Source: a virus (lineage: Duplodnaviria; Heunggongvirae; Uroviricota; Caudoviricetes). From it: a stretch of 13,247 bases of DNA. The first letter of the stretch is position 1; the number at the start of each line of letters is the position of its first letter. Of the stretch, positions 6,917 through 13,247 are shown piece by piece. The DNA is taken from the IMG/VR virus record IMGVR_UViG_3300023038_000160; one strand, given 5' to 3'. The notes below the pieces were generated by a model. It was not told where the DNA came from. It searched no databases and saw nothing but the letters and a program-made list of their open reading frames with translations. The position numbers and the translations under genes are program-made.

Positions 6917-6946
6917 AAAAAAGCAACAAAAAAGTTGTAAAATATC

Positions 6947-6975
6947 TTGACATTTCATATATTGTATGTTAGTAT
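6947..6975 (+). promoter_or_regulatory. Sigma70-type promoter with extended -10, driving a noncoding unit
   Basis: TTGACA (6947-6952), 17-bp spacer, TAGTAT (6970-6975), TG at 6967-6968. Confidence 0.5.
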
Positions 6976-6979
6976 AATT

Positions 6980-7187
6980 ATATGGGGTGATTATTTTTCC
7001 TTTATTGGTTCGATATTAAAAATTCTTCTTGTCGTTAAAGGGGAGTAAAATCTCCGCTCCCCGCTTCTCCTCCTTAAGTAAATACTGTGTCATTATTACC
7101 TCTTTTTTCCTTTGTTATGCATACATCTTGGAGTGTGCATAACATAGGGTAATTACAAAGGCGGCTTTAAATGCTGCCTTTTATTTT
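6980..7187 (+). ncRNA. Candidate ~200-nt structured noncoding RNA or regulatory leader between promoter and terminator
   Basis: No ORF beyond M-G-stop; alternative hairpins GGGGAG...CTCCCC (7040-7062); perfect 9-bp inverted repeat TGTTATGCA (7113-7121) / TGCATAACA (7136-7144); terminated by the hairpin at 7160-7178 plus T-tract. Confidence 0.3.
7157..7187 (+). terminator. Rho-independent terminator
   Basis: Stem GGCGGC (7160-7165) / GCTGCC (7173-7178) with one G-U pair, 7-nt loop, then TTTTATTTT (7179-7187). Confidence 0.55.
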
Positions 7188-7249
7188 GCCCGTTATGCAA
7201 CTTAAAAGTTGTATTTCTTACTTTAAACAAGGTAACAAGGTTTATATAA

Positions 7250-7462
7250 ATGTTGTTCTTAAATGATAAAGAGCAAATCATCAAGTATAAAGATGAAATG
7301 CTGCGAATTAATCCACAAATTACCGAAATGGTAGCTAAATACGCTGGGTGTTCTGTCGAAGAAGTAGAACGATGTGTTGAAAAATATTTTTCTCCTTCTT
7401 CTCCGTCTACACCTTCCCTTAATGAATTAATCAAATTAAAAGCTAAGGAGATTACTAAATGA
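7250..7462 (+). CDS. Hypothetical protein (70 aa), first gene of the head-like module
   Basis: ORF with weak SD; stop overlaps the next start (ATGA at 7459-7462), implying translational coupling; a 6-bp palindrome CAACTT-AA-AAGTTG lies just upstream. Confidence 0.4.
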   Translation: MLFLNDKEQIIKYKDEMLRINPQITEMVAKYAGCSVEEVERCVEKYFSPSSPSTPSLNELIKLKAKEITK

Positions 7463-7821
7463 TTATTGATTTAGACACTCTATTTCCAGTTCGAAAGACT
7501 TTCACAGATATTGTAAGTTATTGTACTGATCCGTTTGCCTCTGTAGAAAACAAGGTTTTTGCTTCTCTTCCTGCTGATGTTGAGTGCGGAGACTTGATCA
7601 CCAGCACGGGCGCTAAATATGAATCAGGAGATGATATCTATGTTGTTATGAGTGAATTTGTAACGGCTGGAGAAAACAAGCCTGTAGATGTGCTACGTGC
7701 TAATGCTGGTCTTGTCTGCATCAAAGCTGATGCGCTGAATGCTGTAAGTGAAGCAGCAAAAACAGCATTAATTAAAAAAGGCTTCCAGCTTGAAGGGTTC
7801 CATTCTGTTTTCACTTCTTAA
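7459..7821 (+). CDS. Hypothetical protein (120 aa) immediately upstream of the capsid gene; possible decoration or scaffold-type head protein
   Basis: AAGGAG 8 nt upstream; position is analogous to lambda D relative to E, but no convincing similarity to lambda gpD is seen by eye. Confidence 0.5.
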   Translation: MIIDLDTLFPVRKTFTDIVSYCTDPFASVENKVFASLPADVECGDLITSTGAKYESGDDIYVVMSEFVTAGENKPVDVLRANAGLVCIKADALNAVSEAAKTALIKKGFQLEGFHSVFTS

Positions 7822-7839
7822 TAAAAGGAATAATAATAA

Positions 7840-8868
7840 ATGATTCTAGGTAATGATTACGTTGATTTAGCTCCTCTGTTCTCTGCGCATAGCACTAGAA
7901 ATTATCTACTGTCTACCCTTGACTTCACTGATCCGGTGGGCGTTAGTTCTCATAAAGTAGCTGTTTCCCAGCTTGTCGAAAGCAACGAATCTCTGTTCAA
8001 CAAAGAAACCTCTCGTTTCTCTTCTGAGCATAACGTGACTAAGCGTGAACAAGGTAAAGAATGGCTGATCGAAATCCCGTATTTTCTTCGTGAAGATGTG
8101 ATTCGTCCTTCTGATGTTCAAGGCAAACGTAAACCTGGCACTGATTTTCAGGAAACACTCACTGATATTTATGCTGAGTATGTTGCTAAACATCACGTAG
8201 CGTATCAGCGTACAAAAGAGAGCGTATTGGCTGCATCTCTGTTTAGTGGTCGCACCTACACGCCTAAAACTGATGATGTTCTTATCGAGTGGGGCAAGCT
8301 GTTTAACGTATCAGCTATGAAAGCCACTGTGAACGCTTCCAGCACTGACACCACGAAGATTTTTAAAGAATTTGATCAGATTGCTACTGACATTATCGAG
8401 AAAGCACAAAGCCAGGCGGCTGCTGTAGAGCGTATTGTTGTTTTCTGTAAGCCGGAAGCCTTCTCTGCAATTCGATTCTCTGCGGGTATGGCAAACGCAT
8501 TCCAGTATGTAAGCCCACTGGAAGAGGGAAATGTTGTGTATCAGCGTCGTGACCTGCTACCAGGGGTGACAGCGTTCACTATTCCAGGAACTAACATTGA
8601 TGTTATTAAACTGGTAGATCCGCTACACCTTGCACATATGACTTCTGATGCGGTTGCGGTTCCGAAGTTTGCTAAAGGCTCTAATGTATATCAGAACATC
8701 TACGGGGCTGCTTCCAGCACCTTTGAACTGATTAATTCCGCTCCTGCTGAGGTGTACAGCTATAGCTATGAATCTTCTCGTGGTGATGCTGTTAACGTTG
8801 TTACAGAGAATAGCCAGATGGTTGTAAACCACGGCGTTGGCTTCTCCGTTCAAATCACTGTAAAATAA
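7840..8868 (+). CDS. Putative major capsid protein, lambda gpE-like (342 aa)
   Basis: RBS AAGGA; length matches lambda E (341 aa); by-eye matches to the recalled lambda E sequence: RIVVFCKPEAFSAIRF vs IIVFDPKGWALFRSF, LAASLFSGRTYT vs SAVLKGKYT, FELINSAP vs FTMIQSAP, and a C-terminal FSVQ vs FVSVQ; followed by a strong terminator. Confidence 0.6.
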   Translation: MILGNDYVDLAPLFSAHSTRNYLLSTLDFTDPVGVSSHKVAVSQLVESNESLFNKETSRFSSEHNVTKREQGKEWLIEIPYFLREDVIRPSDVQGKRKPGTDFQETLTDIYAEYVAKHHVAYQRTKESVLAASLFSGRTYTPKTDDVLIEWGKLFNVSAMKATVNASSTDTTKIFKEFDQIATDIIEKAQSQAAAVERIVVFCKPEAFSAIRFSAGMANAFQYVSPLEEGNVVYQRRDLLPGVTAFTIPGTNIDVIKLVDPLHLAHMTSDAVAVPKFAKGSNVYQNIYGAASSTFELINSAPAEVYSYSYESSRGDAVNVVTENSQMVVNHGVGFSVQITVK

Positions 8869-8886
8869 TATTTTAACGTGTAATAG

Positions 8887-8932
8887 AGGCGTGGCGTGAA
8901 TAACACGCTTCGCCTTTTTTTATTTATTTTTT
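8887..8932 (+). terminator. Strong Rho-independent terminator after the capsid gene
   Basis: AGGCG-tgg-CGTG aataa CACG-ctt-CGCCT stem-loop followed by TTTTTTTATTTATTTTTT. Confidence 0.7.
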
Positions 8933-8955
8933 AAATTTTGAGAGGTGATTAAAAT

Positions 8956-9159
8956 ATGGAAGTGATTCTGAAATCAAAAAATGGTGTACACGTACATTTA
9001 GATGCTAATGATTCTAGAGGCTTGTTAAATCTGAAATATCTATGTTCTCTCCTAGATGTTCCATATGAAGGAGTAAAAGCCCGTATGTTCAGACTAAACG
9101 AGAGTATTGATCAGGCTCTACACCATTTCTTAAGTAAAGAAGGTGGTAAAAATGATTAA
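8956..9159 (+). CDS. Hypothetical protein (67 aa)
   Basis: RBS GAGAGGTGA before ATG; no family recognised. Confidence 0.45.
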   Translation: MEVILKSKNGVHVHLDANDSRGLLNLKYLCSLLDVPYEGVKARMFRLNESIDQALHHFLSKEGGKND

Positions 9160-9174
9160 TAAGGGGGATTTTAA

Positions 9175-11001
9175 ATGTTAGAAATTAACACTTCTAAAAT
9201 TAAGAATACAGTAACATTTAGTGTAGATAAAGACAGCTTAAAAAAAACGAAAGACTCTATTACAGGCTTAAAGGAATTTGCAGAAAACATCAAGCCAGCT
9301 AAATTAAGGTTTGATAGTGTCACTAAAGGCTATAAGAAAGCACAAAGCGAAGTAGACAAGATTGCTCAACAGAAAGCTAAAACAGAAAAACAGAATCAAA
9401 GAGCACAAGCTGCCGCAGCAAGAGCACAGGCAAGGCAACAGGCACAAATAGCAGCACGTAAAGAGAAAGCAGAATTAAAACTTCTCGATGTGTCAAGCTC
9501 TATCAGTGCAATGCACCGTCTCTCTGTAGCGGAACAATACAAAGCTATTGCACAGGCTAGAGAGATAGCAAAACAATATGAGCAAGGCGCTATCTCGCTT
9601 GCACGTATGAATAGCCAGATGAAACGCTTACAACAACAACAACGTAAGATTAATGGCAACAGAAAAGCTCAATTTGCCCCCGTTAAGGGAGGATCAGGGA
9701 ATTCCGCCACTATGGGCGCTCTGTTATTTGGAGGCGCTACGGCTGCTGCTGGCGTGATGGCTGTTAGTAAAACCTCTGAATTTATGGCTAATAGCTTTGC
9801 GAATGCTGAAACACAAGGAGAATTAATCCAACGTGCAAGGCTTGGCGGTGTAGACGTTAACCAGATGTACAACATTACAGAATGGGCGTATAGAAACGGC
9901 GTTGACTCTATGATGGGTGATCAAGGGGCTAGAAAATACCTGGATCAGATGAAAGATGTTAGGGAACGTGCCGCAAAATCCTACAGTGAAGCTGAATTGG
10001 TGAAAGACAAGAAAGGAAAATCTGAATGGAAAGGCGGTGATAACGGTATTAATGAACTTCTAAACATCGGTGTTATTAACAAAAGCGACCTTAAAAAATT
10101 TGCTGATAATCCGGCTGGATTAATTTCTAAGGCTGTTAATGGAATGATGAAAAAAGGGTTTTCAGACTCCCAAATTGGACAACGTTTAGAAGACCTGGGC
10201 GATGATTTGATGCTTACATCAAAATATTGGCAACGTTCCGTTAAAGATGTACAAGAAAGTATTAATCAGCAAAAAGCCTCTGGAAAATGGCTAACAGAAA
10301 CACAGCAAGACTCTATTGTTAAATTCAGAGAACTAAACAGACAGCTTTCACAGCTTTCTGATGCAAGACAAGTAGCATTTGTAGACGGCTTTATGAAATC
10401 TCTCGATCCAAAAGTAACGGAAGAGTTTATGAAAAACCTTTCTAATCTCACTCCGTATTTTACGAAGCTTGGAGAAGCTACAGGAAGTCTCTTTGAAGCC
10501 ATTATGAAGATTGTAAACTGGTTTAATCGTAATGATGATAAGACAGATGCTATTCAGAAAAATATGGGAGATGCACCGCCATTAAGCAATGAAGGAATGA
10601 AACAGAATCTTTCTAACCTCGTTCCTGACCAATATAAAGGCGCTGGCACTGCAACAACTACACCTGATAATACTCATTCCATCTTTAACACAATTAAGGG
10701 ATGGCTTTTCGATGATAATTCTTCTGTGTCAGATGTAAAAATGTCAGTCAGCGAAGCACCGATAACCAATCTCAAACAGGGTGCTTTAAATAATCTTGCA
10801 ATGACAACTCCGGCTTATAATTTATCTCCTGTGTTTAATCTGAATCCTACATTTGAAGTGGTAACAGAGGTTCCTCTTACTATTAATTCTGACACATCAA
10901 GATTAAGCGATTATGTGGATTTTACAGCGAGAGCAAGTCGGGATAGCTTCTTGAAATCATTAACATTAACCAGCTTATCAGGACAATCTAACGGCGGGTA
11001 A
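9175..11001 (+). CDS. Large coiled-coil protein with Gly/Ala-rich hydrophobic segment (608 aa); candidate scaffold, tape-measure-like or ejection-type virion protein
   Basis: RBS AAGGGGGA; N-terminal ~170 aa rich in Q/A/K/R (AQQKAKTEKQNQRAQAAAARAQARQQAQIAARKEKAELK), then GGSGNSATMGALLFGGATAAAGVMAV (~9697-9775), then an S/T/N-rich C-terminal part. Function inferred from composition only. Confidence 0.55.
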   Translation: MLEINTSKIKNTVTFSVDKDSLKKTKDSITGLKEFAENIKPAKLRFDSVTKGYKKAQSEVDKIAQQKAKTEKQNQRAQAAAARAQARQQAQIAARKEKAELKLLDVSSSISAMHRLSVAEQYKAIAQAREIAKQYEQGAISLARMNSQMKRLQQQQRKINGNRKAQFAPVKGGSGNSATMGALLFGGATAAAGVMAVSKTSEFMANSFANAETQGELIQRARLGGVDVNQMYNITEWAYRNGVDSMMGDQGARKYLDQMKDVRERAAKSYSEAELVKDKKGKSEWKGGDNGINELLNIGVINKSDLKKFADNPAGLISKAVNGMMKKGFSDSQIGQRLEDLGDDLMLTSKYWQRSVKDVQESINQQKASGKWLTETQQDSIVKFRELNRQLSQLSDARQVAFVDGFMKSLDPKVTEEFMKNLSNLTPYFTKLGEATGSLFEAIMKIVNWFNRNDDKTDAIQKNMGDAPPLSNEGMKQNLSNLVPDQYKGAGTATTTPDNTHSIFNTIKGWLFDDNSSVSDVKMSVSEAPITNLKQGALNNLAMTTPAYNLSPVFNLNPTFEVVTEVPLTINSDTSRLSDYVDFTARASRDSFLKSLTLTSLSGQSNGG

Positions 11002-11035
11002 TTCCCGCCATAACATTACAAGGAAAATTATTATT

Positions 11036-11749
11036 ATGGCGACCGCCGGGATTTTAACCATACGTGCAGCAAATACTCCAGAACAACACGTTCAGGCTGT
11101 TTACAAAGCAGAACAAGATATAAACTCTACAAAAAACGAAAATAGCAAAGCTAATAAAACAAAAGGAGAAAATGGGTTTGCTATTGTTACCAGTGGCTTG
11201 GCATCTTCTGGCAATGACGTTTATGAAAATTATATGGCACTGGCCTTTGACAGTGTTGACGATGTGAACGTGAGACGTTCGGCAGATGTTACAAGCTACC
11301 CCGTAGAAAATGGTGCTACTGTGTCTGATCACGTTCAAATTAAAAACAATAAGTTTTCTCTTAAAGGAAGGATCACTGAAACACCGATTAAAAGCGATCC
11401 TGGCTTGTTAAAGAGTGCAGGGGTGAACGGGAACAGAAGATCATTAGCTATCGACTACCTGAATCAGATTATGGACAGTAGACAGCCTTTTCTTCTTGTT
11501 ACAGAAAATAAAACTTTTGAGAACGTTGTTTTAACAGGAATCGAATACACAGAAGAGGCAAGCGAATCCCTGGTATTTGATCTTAGCTTTGAGCAAATAA
11601 GATTAGTTTCTTATGGCACTGTGAACACTGTAGCTATCAAAACACAGCCATCTAAGAACATCGGGGCTAATATGAAAAAACGTGTTAACACTGAAAAATC
11701 AAGTAGTGAAGGTGAAGACACTATTACTCCTGCCTTTAAACAGGAATAG
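11036..11749 (+). CDS. Hypothetical protein (237 aa), possible virion-associated protein
   Basis: RBS AAGGAAAA; same operon as the 608-aa gene; no family recognised. Confidence 0.5.
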   Translation: MATAGILTIRAANTPEQHVQAVYKAEQDINSTKNENSKANKTKGENGFAIVTSGLASSGNDVYENYMALAFDSVDDVNVRRSADVTSYPVENGATVSDHVQIKNNKFSLKGRITETPIKSDPGLLKSAGVNGNRRSLAIDYLNQIMDSRQPFLLVTENKTFENVVLTGIEYTEEASESLVFDLSFEQIRLVSYGTVNTVAIKTQPSKNIGANMKKRVNTEKSSSEGEDTITPAFKQE

Positions 11750-11790
11750 CTGTAAATGCCTCTAAAACGCTCTGTAACGATGTAATTATA

Positions 11791-11823
11791 AAAGAGGCTA
11801 CCAATCTATGTTGAAGCCTCTTT
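11791..11823. terminator. Bidirectional terminator hairpin between convergent genes
   Basis: Perfect 9-bp stem AAAGAGGCT / AGCCTCTTT with additional CAA/TTG pairing in the loop; AT-rich flanks on both sides; sits between the 237-aa gene (+) and the integrase (-). Confidence 0.5.
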
Positions 11824-11830
11824 ATTGCGT

Positions 11831-13165
11831 CTATGGCGTTGTTTTACGCCTTAAATTTGATTTTTTATTGATTGATAAGCCTTTCTCTATTTCAGGGTAG
11901 CGTAGAAGCTCAATATATTTTTTAAGCTCTACTGGAGAAGCTGCATTCTTGCTATATGTGCGGAATGTCTCTGTATTGCCGCGTGTATGGCCCAGGAGAA
12001 GGGCGATCCTGTCTTCTGGAATTTGATTTCGATCAAGAAGCTGTGCTACTCCGTGTCTCAGAGAATGAAACACCTTCCTTTCTGTTCCCTTTTCCCCTAA
12101 AGCCTTTCGTTTAGCTCTTGTAAATCTCTGCGTGTGCCACGTAGAGCGTTTACCATCAGCACGCTCTGTAATGCTGGCGTGATAGAACAAAAAGCCATTA
12201 TGAGGCTTTTCACGCAGCGACAACACCAACGGAGTGATAAGGCTATGTACAGGCACAACACGTGCCGCAGCTTTCGTTTTTCCCTGTGTGATTTCAAAAC
12301 ACAGCACACCTTCGATCTCTTTCACATCGTCTATTGTGAGACTTGCTATCTCATTGATCCGCATACCTGTATATAAACCGATAAGACACAAAGCTATCAT
12401 TTCTTTGTTTTCTGCTGAATTACCGGAAAATACTTGCAACACCTGCAATAGCTCTTTGTTAGAAAATGCCTCGTAGCTCTCTCTACTTTGTGCCACATCA
12501 AGCCTATGCCCTCGCCAGGGGGAGAGCGCCCTTTCTGGCGCATCGTGGTAACGTGATGAAGCTAACTCCCATAGCTGGGCCATTGGGCTGATATAATTTG
12601 CAATTGATTGTTGTGAAAGGGTTTTTTGCATGTGTTCAATCCAGCCTGTAACAGTGGTGCGGCTTACATCTTGCAATGCAATATCAGGCTTTTTACGGTA
12701 GGAGAGAAACATCTCTACCGCTTTTCTTGCCTTAGCTAAAGTGGCTGGCTTCTTCTTCGTGCTGTTAATAGTCAGGTAGATTTCAAGAATTTTAAGCAAT
12801 GATGGACACGAAGACGCTGTATCTTGCATTCTGGTAGCTGTTTTGGCGTATTTAGCCTTACTGCGTAACAGTTCCAGCGTGTTCTCTATTGTGCTGTTTA
12901 CAGGAGCGACACTCTCGCGTAAGCAATGGTATTCATCTGCAATCTGATCACGCTTTCTACGTGCAACACGAAGATTACTTGTGTGCAGACTCCTGACAAA
13001 CGTCCTTTTTCCTTCAAAAAAGGGCTGCATATACACAGGCAGCGTGATCCTTAAATAGTAGTTACCGTAAGAATCACAGATTATGTATTGATTGGGCTTG
13101 TATCTCATAAACTCCCCGGCTAAAGTGTCGGAGCGTTTGTAATGTGAAAATTGATTGTAACGCAT
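11831..13165 (-). CDS. Tyrosine recombinase / phage-type integrase (444 aa) with N-terminal arm-binding-like domain
   Basis: Catalytic signature visible in the translation: TGMRINEI (Arg), HSLRHG (His-x-x-Arg), LLGHTRGNTETFRTYS (His and catalytic Tyr). An alternative start at 13108 (MRYKPNQ..., GGGGAG 3 nt upstream) is possible. Codon composition looks more GC-rich than the rest of the island. Confidence 0.85.
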   Translation of the reverse strand: MRYNQFSHYKRSDTLAGEFMRYKPNQYIICDSYGNYYLRITLPVYMQPFFEGKRTFVRSLHTSNLRVARRKRDQIADEYHCLRESVAPVNSTIENTLELLRSKAKYAKTATRMQDTASSCPSLLKILEIYLTINSTKKKPATLAKARKAVEMFLSYRKKPDIALQDVSRTTVTGWIEHMQKTLSQQSIANYISPMAQLWELASSRYHDAPERALSPWRGHRLDVAQSRESYEAFSNKELLQVLQVFSGNSAENKEMIALCLIGLYTGMRINEIASLTIDDVKEIEGVLCFEITQGKTKAAARVVPVHSLITPLVLSLREKPHNGFLFYHASITERADGKRSTWHTQRFTRAKRKALGEKGTERKVFHSLRHGVAQLLDRNQIPEDRIALLLGHTRGNTETFRTYSKNAASPVELKKYIELLRYPEIEKGLSINKKSNLRRKTTP

Positions 13166-13247
13166 AGAAAATGATAATTTTTTCTATAAGATTCAATCAA
13201 TTAGTAATGGTCGTAGGTGATGGCATTAACACGAGATTAATCGAGTG

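Larger units (their letters stand above)
99..13247. mobile_element. Integrative, satellite-like genomic island next to tRNA-Thr; right boundary probably at or just beyond the window end
   Basis: tRNA at the left, tyrosine integrase at the right, visibly AT-rich sequence in between, iteron-type replicon, phage head-like genes, strong Shine-Dalgarno sites and intrinsic terminators organised in modules. Confidence 0.6.

Noticed and set aside
7459-7821. Assignment of the 120-aa protein as a lambda gpD-type decoration protein
   Set aside because: Only its position suggests this; I could not see the conserved gpD segments in the translation, so it is reported as an unknown head-associated candidate.
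6120-13165. Antisense or alternate-frame track ORFs (6120..6455, 7153..7434, 7906..8196, 8623..8853, 9396..9659, 9669..9875, 10266..10502, 11054..11338, 12097..12309, 12134..12376, 12234..12476)
   Set aside because: Each lies within or opposite a longer RBS-supported CDS and shows low-complexity or Cys/Ser-rich translation typical of shadow ORFs.

Overview
The window opens with an intact tRNA-Thr(CGU) gene (23..98) and closes with a leftward-transcribed tyrosine integrase (11831..13165). The AT-rich ~13 kb between them reads as a compact integrative element with its own replicon and a partial phage head module, and that combination is the main candidate for something undescribed. Left to right: two convergent small ORFs sharing a palindromic hairpin; a secreted cysteine-rich cargo protein; a ~1.9 kb stretch with no ORF of 60 aa or more, carrying a dispersed ATTACACAGG motif array, clustered GATACCCCTATCAA iterons with an AT-rich tract, a GC-rich structured patch that may be a cos-like packaging site or ncRNA, and split direct repeats; a promoter-led operon of a 62-aa regulator, a ribbon-helix-helix protein, a winged-helix Rep-like protein and a second winged-helix protein; two unknown proteins; a promoter-to-terminator noncoding unit (candidate sRNA); then a module including a 342-aa protein resembling lambda major capsid protein E and a 608-aa coiled-coil protein. 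No terminase, portal or prohead protease is apparent. All family assignments are from reading the translations and recalled sequences, not from database searches.
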